Shown: one piece after another, positions 10,287-21,063 of the stretch
Position numbering within the stretch: the first letter of the stretch is position 1
Layout of the letters: each line of letters begins with the position of its first letter
Virus record (IMG/VR): IMGVR_UViG_3300042275_000518
Coordinates: 32,001 to 96,000 of that record
Source of the DNA: a virus
Lineage: Duplodnaviria; Caudoviricetes
Strand: one strand, 5' to 3'
DNA: 64,000 nt
Notes under the pieces: model-generated
What the model was told of the DNA's origin: nothing
Databases searched by the model: none
The model's input: only the letters and a program-made list of their open reading frames with translations
Made by a program: the position numbers and the translations under genes

Positions 10287-10831
10287 TATTCAAGATCCCC
10301 GTTATTAAGTTTATATAATAGAATGATAGCATCATCATCCATCCCATTTACAACATCTTGCTTGATATATTTTGAAGTTAGTGCTTTATGGTCACCTGTT
10401 AAAAATTTAACAAGTGCCTTTTGACCTTTATGTTGTATGATAGCGTAGTCGCTATATTTCTTCTTTCTATTTTTCAACAATTCGTCATCGGTGCTTTGTC
10501 GTATAAGTCTCAATTTTTTATCTGCATAATATCCAGTTTTTAACTCATATTTTCTAGACTTAAAATAAAACTCAACTTCGATAAATCTATAATTTCTTTC
10601 AAACGATAGTCTATTTCCCCATCTTTTGTCTGTTTCAACAATACGTATATTGTCGTAAAAAGATGTCTTACTGAATAGATACTCTAATGTGCTTTTCTTA
10701 GCCGTCTTTTCGTCACTAGAATTTAAAACTTCAAAGTAGTGATTTTTAATCTCATCTGAAAAGAATATCTCATTAATTTCTTCATGAAACAGTTTTCGTT
10801 CTTTTGGTGTAAACTCATTTTTATTTGCCAT
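10286..10831 (-). CDS. Hypothetical protein with C-terminal tag
   Basis: Ends MDDDAIILLYKLNNGDLE. Confidence 0.7.
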   Translation of the reverse strand: MANKNEFTPKERKLFHEEINEIFFSDEIKNHYFEVLNSSDEKTAKKSTLEYLFSKTSFYDNIRIVETDKRWGNRLSFERNYRFIEVEFYFKSRKYELKTGYYADKKLRLIRQSTDDELLKNRKKKYSDYAIIQHKGQKALVKFLTGDHKALTSKYIKQDVVNGMDDDAIILLYKLNNGDLE

Positions 10832-10869
10832 ACTTAACCTCCTCTATTTTATAATATATTTTCATTTTA

Positions 10870-11580
10870 TTATTTATAGAGTTTCATCAATAATTTTAAC
10901 TCTTCATTTCCCTTTTTTCGTAGGTCTAATCCTTTGAAGCGGATACGCTCTCTATCTTGACTACCCCGTCTTAGATAATAATAATTGAAAGCTTTATAGA
11001 AACTATCATAATTCTCTAATATATAGCCTAAATCCAATTCAAAATTAACTGCCATCATTTTAAGTAGAGATAACTTTTCAAACTCAGTGTCGTCACTAAG
11101 TCCCTCGTCATCATATCTTTGCACACGCTCTTTTATTTTCTCTATAATGAAACTATCCTTAGAATCTACTTGTCGTTTTATGACTTGATAAAATTGCAAA
11201 GAGTCAATCTTGTTTGCAATAGCCAGCTCAGTCAATTTATGAATGAAACTTGTTTCTAAATCTTTTCTGTTAAAGACATAAGTTCCAAGTTCACTGAAAA
11301 GAGCCGCTCCCTTATACTTATAAATATTTACTTCGCCGCTATATTTATAATAACTTATTGACATATCTTTGTTATAGTTTTTAATAGATTCTTTTAATAA
11401 GTTTTCTATAAAACCTAGCGATAACTCTTCTAGATTGTTTTTTACTACTTTTAACAGGTCTAGGTGTTCCCTGTATTTCTTGATAAATTCTTCTGAGAGC
11501 TTCTTATTAGAAACCTTGTGCCAGAAATTTTTATCTATATTCTCCTCAAATATATTGAGAAATTTTTTCTCTATCTTCAT
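10870..11580 (-). CDS. Hypothetical protein (Trp-repeat-like N-terminus) with C-terminal tag
   Basis: W..VS...LSEEFI..Y repeat unit; ends NEELKLLMKLYK. Confidence 0.65.
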   Translation of the reverse strand: MKIEKKFLNIFEENIDKNFWHKVSNKKLSEEFIKKYREHLDLLKVVKNNLEELSLGFIENLLKESIKNYNKDMSISYYKYSGEVNIYKYKGAALFSELGTYVFNRKDLETSFIHKLTELAIANKIDSLQFYQVIKRQVDSKDSFIIEKIKERVQRYDDEGLSDDTEFEKLSLLKMMAVNFELDLGYILENYDSFYKAFNYYYLRRGSQDRERIRFKGLDLRKKGNEELKLLMKLYK

Positions 11581-13181
11581 TATTTGCCACCTATATATTT
11601 TATAAGGAGTTTCGCTTCCACAGGTGTGCTTTGCATTCTGCCACCTTCTCTGTCTCCTGCTGACACTGAGATACCTTGTGATGCAGCTGACATTTGAACA
11701 TCTAAAACTGAACCACCTTCATTTTCAAGCTTATTCAGAAAAGAATCTAGTTCATACTCACTAATAATTTTATATTTTATTTGCCCTGACAGATTATTTA
11801 AATTAGCATACAGAAGAATTTCTTCTATAAGTTCTATCTGCCCTTGACTATGAAGAGAACCTTCATTTTCAAGTTCTTCTTTCTTCATCTGCAGGTACTT
11901 TACTAAGTTCATTTTTTCGCGTTTTTCCTTTCTATGTTGTTGTATTCGTATCCTTTTAATACTAAAAATAATTTAACTGATTCATCTAGATTTTCCTCAG
12001 TTGCCCAAGGATTGAGTTCTAAATTTATAACAGAAAGGGGATTGAATCTCTCAACGAGTTTCAATCCCTTATTAACCCTCATATAATTATTAAAACCCTC
12101 ATGCATTCTGAGACATGCATCTTCAATAGCTTCAAAGTTCTCTATGAAGTACTCAGGAGTTATAGATGTTTTGGTTATATCATCATAATAATCTCTGAAA
12201 TCTTTCATTTAGAACTCTTCTTCACTATAAAATTCTTCTTTTACTTCATCTGTTAAATTTTCTTTTGAAATTGATATAACCAGATTTCCTTCTTTGTCTA
12301 TCTTGGTTAACTGTCTTGAATTTTGTCCAAATGGCTCATCATCGTCATTCCAGTCTAAATGAAAATGCTCAGTTGTTTCATCTTCATAATAAAAGGTTAC
12401 TTGAGTTAAATCTTGGAAATTTAATACTCTGTCCTTTACAAATAAGTCTTTGTTATCTTCATAAATATCAAACTCAGTCTTAGCATTTTCTAGATATTTA
12501 CTAGAAATAACAAAATTAGCGTTTTCTGCATGAATGAATGTTTGCATTCTTGAATCAAAATTCATAAATTTTTCTGTACTGAAACCTCCCGCTGATACTA
12601 ACAAAACATACTCAGCTGGTACCGTGAAACCGTCACAGTTTTCTAATGCAAAATCTATTTTTACTAATCTTTTATACATGTTCTCCTCCTAAATATCTTT
12701 CCAGATGATGTCTATTTCTTCAATAGTTTCATGAATAAACATCTCTATATCATACTTTGCCTCTTCCATTGTGTCAAAAGCATAATCTTTGACAGCCTCT
12801 GGTGCCCAAGCATAAGTCTCTTCATCTGCAAATTTTTCCAGATTTTCTAGTTCTCCAAGGAGTATAACTGCGTCTAAATCTTCTAAATAACTTACTATTG
12901 TTAGATTATGACGTTTAGCTGATTCATTCCAGCTGTCAAAACCTCTTTTACCGTTGTCGGCAATTACTCCAAAGTATTTCATTATTCTTTCCACCTCTAA
13001 TGTAAATCTAATGTCAATTTTCTAATTCTATAATAAGCTTCATGCCCACGTTTTTTATTATTTATTTTCAGTTCTTTAACTCTTTTTTGTGCCAAAGGTT
13101 TAGTTGAATATCCTTCAACTATTTTATCAGTTTGATATTTTCCACCATCGAAATAAGTTTTTAATATAATAAATACTTCCA

Positions 13182-13535
13182 TTATTCTTCCCCTTCGTAT
13201 AATTCAATAATTTCTAAAATATTGAGCATATCAGTATCTGGTTCTAAATTGTATTCTTTTATGAATTCATCGGTTATCCACACAAAATCTATTTCATTTG
13301 CATGTTTAATAATAAATTCTTTACTGTCAAGAACTTTTTGCTTATTATTTAATATATAATACGAGTAAATATCTAGATTTTCTAGTGGAAGTATTTCTTC
13401 AAATGTTAGTGTGTCTAATAATTTTTGGAATTTTTCATCCCGACACATTTCAGAGACAACATCCCAATAATCGTCACAATCTAAATTTTTAGAGAATTGT
13501 TTTAATATAAATTCTAATAATTCTGCAGTGTTCAT
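13182..13535 (-). CDS. Hypothetical protein, close paralog of 60789-61169
   Basis: Near-identical sequence MNTAELLEF...DTDMxNILEIIELYE. Confidence 0.8.
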   Translation of the reverse strand: MNTAELLEFILKQFSKNLDCDDYWDVVSEMCRDEKFQKLLDTLTFEEILPLENLDIYSYYILNNKQKVLDSKEFIIKHANEIDFVWITDEFIKEYNLEPDTDMLNILEIIELYEGEE

Positions 13536-13753
13536 AATTTCCTCCTTTTTTAAAAGAAGACAACTCTTAATTGAGTTATCTTTATTTTTTACTGAAATGA
13601 ACTGACCTTGAAAGTCACTATATCGTTTATTTGCATATTCATTAAACCATAAAATGGCGTCTTTGTCATTTTCATCTTATTTATTCCCCTTCTTGTATTT
13701 TATATAAATTTTAATTATTTTCAAATTAAAGACCCAGATTTCTCTGGGTCATT

Positions 13754-14626
13754 TTATTTCTCAAACAAAGGCACTACCTTAATATCGTTTAATTTCAATA
13801 GCAGCGCAATAGTTTCGTTCTTCATTTCTATTTCCAAAAAGTCACAGTCCTTCATTCTCTCATTCATTCTCAGATAATGAAAATTTATCTTGAAAAGATT
13901 TTGTATAAAGAACTCTTCTGAAAACTCTTGATACTTTGATATATTATCCCACATATTCGACTTAAAACTCCCAGAATTTATAATAATATTTAACATATCC
14001 TCTGTAAGTTGTTTGCTAGTCAATATATAAGCTAAATCTAATTTATTAGAGAACTCTTTTAAAAGTTCCTCAGTAATTTCATTATTTTCGACATAAAATC
14101 TAGTAAATGATTGCCAATTAATTTTGTTAGAATATTTCCTTGCAAAGTCAAGCGTTATTATTTCTTTTTGCATGTCATAACTCCGATAACTATGAGGAAT
14201 AATTCGCCAGTTTAGATAATCTTCATACTTCTCAATTAAGTCAACTGTTATATTTTTTAATCCTATATAATCTCTGCCTTTTAAGAAGGATATTACATCA
14301 TTTTTCTTAAACAATTTTTCAAGTTGCTCACCTGTTAAAAGAATATTAAATATAGTATATAGTCCAATCTTTTTACGATTTTCAACTATGAAATCAAATT
14401 CCTTATTGAAAAATTGTTCGCCTTCATATGAACTAAAGAAACTGCTCCAATGTATGTGTTCCGCAATTTTCTTAATTTCACTGACAGGAAGCATTCCTAC
14501 TTTCCATGAAAGACTATAAAAGTCAAATCTATGTGGATACTTCAATATTAAATCCGCTCCATATTTAGGAGAAGATGTAAGACCTTTCAAACTAAGCAGT
14601 CTCTCTTCATTGTATTCTATTTTCAT
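13754..14626 (-). CDS. Tryptophan-repeat helical protein with C-terminal tag
   Basis: Repeats of (L/I)(N/D)W..(I/L)S....L(S/T)E(E/D)F(I/L); ends NETIALLLKLN... Confidence 0.7.
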   Translation of the reverse strand: MKIEYNEERLLSLKGLTSSPKYGADLILKYPHRFDFYSLSWKVGMLPVSEIKKIAEHIHWSSFFSSYEGEQFFNKEFDFIVENRKKIGLYTIFNILLTGEQLEKLFKKNDVISFLKGRDYIGLKNITVDLIEKYEDYLNWRIIPHSYRSYDMQKEIITLDFARKYSNKINWQSFTRFYVENNEITEELLKEFSNKLDLAYILTSKQLTEDMLNIIINSGSFKSNMWDNISKYQEFSEEFFIQNLFKINFHYLRMNERMKDCDFLEIEMKNETIALLLKLNDIKVVPLFEK

Positions 14627-14890
14627 ATTATATACCCCCTGTTTGAAGATATTTATCTATCTTTTTCTTAATAGTACCGTACGTATTCTGTACGTTATGT
14701 CTAAATATAATCTTGTCATCTTGCTCATCATAAATATAATACTCAGACTTTTTTCCAAATACTTTTCCAGAAACGGGGCGGTCATTATGAAACACACCAT
14801 ACCAAAATCTCTTCTTGTGTATTAAATTCATAATATGTGCATTGACTGCCATATATGCTCTTAAATCTGACATTGCCATAATTTCTCTCC

Positions 14891-15184
14891 TTAATTTAGT
14901 ATCATGTATAAATCAATTGCATCATCATCCATATCATTAAATATACTAAAATCATTAATTCCAAACAATTTAGCATATATTGGGTCAGTTGAATAAACAC
15001 AAAAGCGTTGAATATCAGTTGGGTTCAATAAACCTCTTTGATATGCTCTAATCAGCGATTTATAGTCAGACAAAGCTTCAAGAATAGCAGCATAACTTCT
15101 GTTTTCCCTGAAACTTTGTATAATTTGTTCATCGCTATATTTTTTATACTTTTTAACCATACAAAACTTCTCCAAATAACGCAT
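14891..15184 (-). CDS. Hypothetical protein with C-terminal tag
   Basis: Ends MDDDAIDLYMILN. Confidence 0.7.
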   Translation of the reverse strand: MRYLEKFCMVKKYKKYSDEQIIQSFRENRSYAAILEALSDYKSLIRAYQRGLLNPTDIQRFCVYSTDPIYAKLFGINDFSIFNDMDDDAIDLYMILN

Positions 15185-15530
15185 ACTGAATAATCATATC
15201 ATGGTCAGCAGCATCCCAGTCGTCTGGGTCTAAGCTAATCGAATTATTATCCAATGCTAATTGAATTCCCTTTTTAATATCCTCTTTATATAATACTCTC
15301 ACATCGTCTTCATCAGTAATTTTTAGCCAGTCTCCTCTTTCGAGTAATTCGGTCAGTACTTCTTCAAATGCTGGGTCTTCTAATGATTCTTTGACTTCGA
15401 TATATCTATCTGCGTGCCAATCTAAAAGTTCAACCCAATATCCAGAATAGGAATAAAATCCTGACAAAATGCTTACTAAATCTTCTTTTGTAACTTCTGT
15501 TACTTCTGCTTTAAATTTCATAATTTCCTC

Positions 15531-15833
15531 CTAATTAAATCTCATCCATAACTCAAATGCTTCATCATCCATATCCATAAATACTTGTGGATATGATATA
15601 AATAGCTCACTAGTCATAGGTGCAAAACTACAATTTCTGAGATTATCTGCAGCAAATTTCATCATTTCACCTTGTACAGCAGTACTCATTTGAATAAAAT
15701 TTCTTCTTTTCTCTCGCTCAACAGACATAATAACTTGATTGTTATCTATATCTATTGCATAGTTGTATTTGTATTCTAAACCACTACGTTCAACTAGTGA
15801 TTTAACTCGTTCTAATAGTTTTTCTAAATCCAT
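15531..15833 (-). CDS. Hypothetical protein with C-terminal tag
   Basis: Ends MDDEAFELWMRFN. Confidence 0.75.
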   Translation of the reverse strand: MDLEKLLERVKSLVERSGLEYKYNYAIDIDNNQVIMSVEREKRRNFIQMSTAVQGEMMKFAADNLRNCSFAPMTSELFISYPQVFMDMDDEAFELWMRFN

Positions 15834-15842
15834 ATATCCTCC

Positions 15843-15905
15843 TTAGAAATTTAACTTGAACCACAACAATGCGGCTTCATCGTCTTCAAATTCAGCTATA
15901 ATATC
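15843..15905 (-). pseudogene. Orphan C-terminal tag, out of frame with the upstream ORF
   Basis: Encodes DIIAEFEDDEAALLWFKLNF* with no start codon; in-frame stops lie just upstream. Confidence 0.75.
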
Positions 15906-16807
15906 TAATACAAACTATACTCATAGCCAGCATCTCTTAGTCGACTCCACATAATATCTAATTCAACTTCTTTTTCGTTAACAAAGAATTTGTCATTTTC
16001 GATATCATATTTATGAACATAACTGTTTTTATAATCAGAACTATAAGTTGTTATAGAGTTATCATGAATTCTGAAAAAATCAACTAATCTTTTCTTTTTT
16101 CGTTCATATTCTTTCTGTTTTTCTTTTCGTTCTTCTAATATAAAAATCCCGTCTTCTAAACTTTCGAAATATTCATCATTTATAATAATTCCATTTTTAA
16201 CTTTTTGGATATTGTACTCTTCTAATAATCCCATGCCAGCTTTTAATAGATATTCTTTTACATATCTCTTAGAATCAGAAGAATGAATATTCAATTTATC
16301 TATTTCAGGCATTTCAATATATACATCATGTTCTCTCCAACGACCGTTATCGATTTCAATATAAAAATAGAAGTCTTTTCCATGTTCAACCAAAAATGAA
16401 AGAACGTTATTTTCGGAAAACTTCATTTCATAATATATACCATTCTTTTCAGCTGTTTCTATAACTCCTTCGAAATAGCCGTTAATAATCATTTGAACCG
16501 TTTCAACATCTTGTTTCAAAAGATTATTCAGAGCTAATAGGGAAAATAAATTCTCAAAATCGGTTTCTTCAATATTAGAAATTTTGTAAGTTCTGTCACT
16601 TTGTTCTTCTATTCTACAAATTATATATTTTGACCTCGTATAGTAAAAACCATTAGTTTCACTTATAATATATAACTCATTACTTCTCATAGAATTTGTT
16701 ATAGTTCCTCGTTTACAAGAGCAATATTCTAATAGTTTGCCTATTTTTAATTCGCTTTCTCGTTCTTCTGTTATATGGTATAATTTACCATATTCGTTTC
16801 TTGTCAT
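15905..16807 (-). CDS. Hypothetical protein
   Basis: 300-aa ORF with RBS. Confidence 0.7.
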   Translation of the reverse strand: MTRNEYGKLYHITEERESELKIGKLLEYCSCKRGTITNSMRSNELYIISETNGFYYTRSKYIICRIEEQSDRTYKISNIEETDFENLFSLLALNNLLKQDVETVQMIINGYFEGVIETAEKNGIYYEMKFSENNVLSFLVEHGKDFYFYIEIDNGRWREHDVYIEMPEIDKLNIHSSDSKRYVKEYLLKAGMGLLEEYNIQKVKNGIIINDEYFESLEDGIFILEERKEKQKEYERKKKRLVDFFRIHDNSITTYSSDYKNSYVHKYDIENDKFFVNEKEVELDIMWSRLRDAGYEYSLY

Positions 16808-16819
16808 TCTTTCACCTTC

Positions 16820-17260
16820 TTAATTTCCATAATTTAGTTTAAACCATAAATCAAATGCTTCATCATCCATATACATAGTCTGAACAAATTCAGCAGGTAA
16901 ATATCCTTCAAATAAATCTTTATTAAAAATTATAGTTTCAGCAAGTATGTCTATGAATATGTCATCTTCATAACTCATAAACATTGAAAAGCCTTCACCA
17001 TCTTTGTAATACTCATGATGTGATGAAAATAACGTAGAAAATCTCTCGCTAATAAAATAATGAAGATCTAGATAGTCTATTTTCATTCCTTTAACATCTG
17101 AATAGGGGAATATTGATATTCGTTCATTATCCATCTCAACGTCTACAGTAATATCTGGTAGACTCTTTCTTTCTAGAAACACATCCATTATTTTATAACT
17201 TAGTCGCACAACATGTTCTATTACCATTTTTTCTGTTATTATTCCCATATTACCCTCCAT
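16820..17260 (-). CDS. Hypothetical protein with C-terminal tag
   Basis: Ends MDDEAFDLWFKLNYGN. Confidence 0.75.
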   Translation of the reverse strand: MEGNMGIITEKMVIEHVVRLSYKIMDVFLERKSLPDITVDVEMDNERISIFPYSDVKGMKIDYLDLHYFISERFSTLFSSHHEYYKDGEGFSMFMSYEDDIFIDILAETIIFNKDLFEGYLPAEFVQTMYMDDEAFDLWFKLNYGN

Positions 17261-17519
17261 AATTCAATTTAAACCACAATAAAGCATCTTCATCGTCGTT
17301 AAATTCTTTTATTTCTTTCTTTAAATCTTCGGCAAATAAGAATGCCATATATTCCTTTTCTTCTATATCTTCATCATCTTTATAAATATATTTATCGATG
17401 GAAACTGAGTAAAAACCCATTGATGATAACACTGCATCATATCCGTTCTTGTCCATTTTAACTCTCACAAGATTTCTACCTCGTTTATCATCATAAATGA
17501 TTGTAAAATATTTTGGCAC
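17250..17519 (-). CDS. Hypothetical protein with C-terminal tag
   Basis: Ends FNDDEDALLWFKLNYGG. Confidence 0.75.
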   Translation of the reverse strand: MPKYFTIIYDDKRGRNLVRVKMDKNGYDAVLSSMGFYSVSIDKYIYKDDEDIEEKEYMAFLFAEDLKKEIKEFNDDEDALLWFKLNYGG

Positions 17520-17535
17520 TGTTATTGCCTCCTTC

Positions 17536-17736
17536 CTAATAGTTCAATTTAAACCATAATAATGCAGTTTCATCATCTGGAAATTTTATTGTTTCTACGA
17601 AAATTGTACTTATTGTTGCTTCCCCATGCATTAAAGAGAGAGTGCTACAATTTTTTCCAGTTGGTATTACTTTATAAAGGCTATAACTTTTAGAAGAATT
17701 ATTATCAATATTTTCTCCTACTCGATATATATTCAT
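17536..17736 (-). CDS. Hypothetical protein with C-terminal tag
   Basis: Ends FPDDETALLWFKLNY. Confidence 0.75.
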   Translation of the reverse strand: MNIYRVGENIDNNSSKSYSLYKVIPTGKNCSTLSLMHGEATISTIFVETIKFPDDETALLWFKLNY

Positions 17737-17746
17737 ATATTCCTCC

Positions 17747-18073
17747 CTAATAGTTCAATTTAAACCATAGTATTGCATCTTCATCATCTTCAAATTCTAT
17801 TAATTTATCTTCACATTCTGATTCGAATATCAAGCCTACAAAATAAGGATCATCGGTAGAATCTGATTTCCACTTCCAAGAAATAGAATCTTCATTTCTT
17901 GTTTTGCGAATTTTTATAGGAATGTCTTTTTTAGGTACATTCGCTATTAAAAATTTTTTAAGTCTTATTAATTTATTGTCATCATCGATTTCTAGTATAT
18001 CTTGGTCTATTGCAAATAGAATGAAATAATCTCCAAGTTCATCACTAAAATGTCCTACATAATAAGTTTGCAT
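17747..18073 (-). CDS. Hypothetical protein with C-terminal tag
   Basis: Ends FEDDEDAILWFKLNY. Confidence 0.75.
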   Translation of the reverse strand: MQTYYVGHFSDELGDYFILFAIDQDILEIDDDNKLIRLKKFLIANVPKKDIPIKIRKTRNEDSISWKWKSDSTDDPYFVGLIFESECEDKLIEFEDDEDAILWFKLNY

Positions 18074-18082
18074 ATTTCCTCC

Positions 18083-18451
18083 TTAGAATCTTAATTTAAA
18101 CCATAATTCAAAAGCTTCGTCATCCATATCAATAGTATTATGAAATAAAAATTTCTTAAAATTTGCAGCCTCTTGATACAGATTTCTCATAATATTAACA
18201 CTAATATTTCGTATAAATCCGTTCGTAAATTCAACTTTTATCAGTTCACCATATACGTTATTTATGTATTCTTCTACTTTTTCAAAATCTATTTCTAAAA
18301 AATCATAATTTGTTGTAAGTATAGCTCTAACATACTTCTCATTGAAAGAATATCTCACTTCTAAATTTTTAGATAGTGCATCATCATATTTAAATATCAA
18401 TTTAAATATTCGCTCAACATGATTCTTTATTTTCTCATCTTTTGGTCTCAT
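18083..18451 (-). CDS. Hypothetical protein with C-terminal tag
   Basis: Ends MDDEAFELWFKLRF. Confidence 0.75.
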   Translation of the reverse strand: MRPKDEKIKNHVERIFKLIFKYDDALSKNLEVRYSFNEKYVRAILTTNYDFLEIDFEKVEEYINNVYGELIKVEFTNGFIRNISVNIMRNLYQEAANFKKFLFHNTIDMDDEAFELWFKLRF

Positions 18452-19005
18452 ATTATCAACTCTTTCTTAATAAAGTAAGAGGGAGAAATTCTCCCTCTTT
18501 TAATTTAGTTATTCTTCTTTAATCTTTTGTAAATCATTCATCATCTTAAAAATAGCTGTTGCTTCCCAAAGTTCTAATCCAAGTCTATGTTTTATATTAA
18601 GTTCAGAGCGTGAATCCCAGATGATTTCTTCATCATCAAAGAGTGCTTCTCCTTTTTCAATTTCTTCCAAAGTATCCTCATAAAATTTGATTAGTTCATC
18701 TGTTTCTAATGGCATACATGCTCTTCCACATCGATATTGAATCGGATAGTCTGAGAATTCCTTAATTCTTGCATGATTTAAAAGTTCTTCTAATCTTACA
18801 ATAACCCATTTATATTCTTTGAAAATCTGCCTCCAATTATTTTGATGTAAAACGATTTTTCCATAAGAGTTATTTTTAAGTGCTTCATGTTCAAAGTCTT
18901 TATATTCTTTGTCATTCCATGAAGTTCCATGACCATGAATTGCCTCATATTCTTTTCTTACTTCTGATTCACTTCTACCTTTATAATATTCTACTGTTAT
19001 AGACA

Positions 19006-20061
19006 TTATATCTTCTCAGGCACCTCTCTTTTCTTAAATTTCACATCTTTAAGTTTCTCAACTGAGTCTGCCATAATAATACAACCATGGCCAATCAAGT
19101 TGATAACTTCAAAATCTGTTTTCCAATTTCCAATGACAGACAGAATTTCCTGAACTTCTTCTAATCCACCACATGGCACGTTATTTTCTGTATAAGTTGC
19201 AGTTTCTGCATATACATGAGCGTGGACCATATAGTTGATATTTGGAAGTGCCTGATAAAGTCTTAATTGAATTGGTGTATCGACAGATGGCTTGTTATCG
19301 GAATAATACACAATATGGCCATCATCTGTTATTTTAGTTGGCACGAAACCTTCGGGTCTAATGTATCTTTTGTCAATATTTCTTTGAGAAACATAGACTA
19401 AGCCATTGTGACGAAAGCTTGGAAAACCTTTTGAGCATCTGAAAGAACTATTTCCTAAGAAGCGAGTGGTTGGCGCTGGGTTCACTAATTCATGGAAGAC
19501 CTCAGCTGTTCCCTTAACATAATCAAAGAACTCTTCTTCATTTGGAACTTCATATCTTTCTTTTCCTTGTATAGTTCCCTGACGAGATACTTTTGAAAGG
19601 AAGCTTGCTCTTTTCATTAGAACCTGAACCATTTCTGCAATGTCAGTTCCTTTATAATAATAATTTGCGAGTGGATCGAATATCATCATTTCATAAGGCT
19701 TCTCTAATGTATTGAATTCTATTGTAAGATTTGCCTTTAAATCCAAAGCGTGTTTAACTAGCTCCATGAAACTGTATCGTCCATTATTGACTTTTGAAGT
19801 TATAAATATACAACGTGGGTTATAGAATTTGATGTCACGATATTTTTCTTCTTCATTACCTACATTAGGAAACCACATAACGACGTCATAATCCACAGTT
19901 TCTTCGATATAGTTTTCTAGCTCATCAAATTGACCGCCATTGTGCATATCTACTTTATCTATTTCTTCACTTTTAATAATTTCCTCATACATTTTTGTAA
20001 TAAGACTTGATGGTTTCCCACCGTCTCTACTGTATGTTCCACCTACCAATAATATTCTCAT
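19006..20061 (-). CDS. Protein with a C-terminal class II aldolase/adducin-like domain
   Basis: GNSSFR, KPSVDTPIQLRLY...NYMVHAH, NLIGHG. Confidence 0.7.
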   Translation of the reverse strand: MRILLVGGTYSRDGGKPSSLITKMYEEIIKSEEIDKVDMHNGGQFDELENYIEETVDYDVVMWFPNVGNEEEKYRDIKFYNPRCIFITSKVNNGRYSFMELVKHALDLKANLTIEFNTLEKPYEMMIFDPLANYYYKGTDIAEMVQVLMKRASFLSKVSRQGTIQGKERYEVPNEEEFFDYVKGTAEVFHELVNPAPTTRFLGNSSFRCSKGFPSFRHNGLVYVSQRNIDKRYIRPEGFVPTKITDDGHIVYYSDNKPSVDTPIQLRLYQALPNINYMVHAHVYAETATYTENNVPCGGLEEVQEILSVIGNWKTDFEVINLIGHGCIIMADSVEKLKDVKFKKREVPEKI

Positions 20062-20825
20062 TAAAGTTCTCCTTTGTCTTTCTGATATTGTTTCAAGTCT
20101 CTATATGCAATAGAGGTTCTGTTAAATATTTCCCTTGGTACTTTTTTAATATGTTTTTCTACTACCTCAATTAATTCATCGTAATTTTTATAAGTTCTAG
20201 AAATAATAATATTTGCATACTCTATGAAAGACTCTCTCTCCATTGAAAGAAGTTTCTTGTACTCTGGCGGAGTTATTGTAATAGAATGGTCTAAATAAAT
20301 ATAAGTTGACTCGAGTAAACTATGATTATCTATTGATAAATTTACTTTTAGTCTATACGATAAATCGTATCTATTCATAAACTCATAATGTTCCAAACTA
20401 ACTTCAAACCATATGCTGTCAATTGTAAGCCTTTCGTTATAATTAGGGCTCTCATATTTCTTATATAAATCTCTTATACTAATAGAGACAGACCTAGTTA
20501 AAATTTCGCTTGCTCTATAAGGAATATCTAGTATAGGAATTTTATATTCTTGCAATTTGAAGAACAGTTCCGTTTCTTCCTTCATATTAGTTAGCCAATC
20601 TTGATTTAGTAGAAGATTTCTTAAAAAATCTTTATTAGATGTCTTGCTAAATAATTCAATAAACTCTTCTTCGTTTAATCTAATATTTTTTAATAGTTTG
20701 CTATAATCCTCCCCTGTACTTTCCAAATAGGGAACATAATCAAGTAATTCATCAATTGTAGGAAAATTGTTTCTAAAATATTTTTCCCAATCTACTATAT
20801 TATAATATGCTTTGTCAATCTTCAT
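20061..20825 (-). CDS. Hypothetical protein with an internal tag-like motif
   Basis: Internal MKEETELFFKLQEY at about residues 80-93. Confidence 0.6.
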   Translation of the reverse strand: MKIDKAYYNIVDWEKYFRNNFPTIDELLDYVPYLESTGEDYSKLLKNIRLNEEEFIELFSKTSNKDFLRNLLLNQDWLTNMKEETELFFKLQEYKIPILDIPYRASEILTRSVSISIRDLYKKYESPNYNERLTIDSIWFEVSLEHYEFMNRYDLSYRLKVNLSIDNHSLLESTYIYLDHSITITPPEYKKLLSMERESFIEYANIIISRTYKNYDELIEVVEKHIKKVPREIFNRTSIAYRDLKQYQKDKGEL

Positions 20826-21063
20826 AATCTTCTTCCTCCATTACTTCTCGGATATCTAAACCATCTTCTGAATACCATTCACACCATTCGCCATTTTCAT
20901 AAACTTCTAGTCCGCCAGCATTCCAGATAATATCTTCATTGTCAACTTCTGCTTGACCAAAGCCTTTTAAACAACCTTTGGCCTCGTCAATATTTTTCAC
21001 ATCTACACGTTTTTGTTGTCCATTACTTGTCCACCAAACTTGTAAATCTCCTTCTTTTGGCAT
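20815..21063 (-). CDS. Small protein resembling the P22 gp17-like family
   Basis: LQVWW...NAGGLEVYE.GEW.EWY.EDG pattern. Confidence 0.45.
   Translation of the reverse strand: MPKEGDLQVWWTSNGQQKRVDVKNIDEAKGCLKGFGQAEVDNEDIIWNAGGLEVYENGEWCEWYSEDGLDIREVMEEEDYED

Noticed and set aside
16820-18451. Diversity-generating retroelement TR/VR pairs
   Set aside because: There is no reverse transcriptase in the window, and the differences between tag copies are not adenine-specific.
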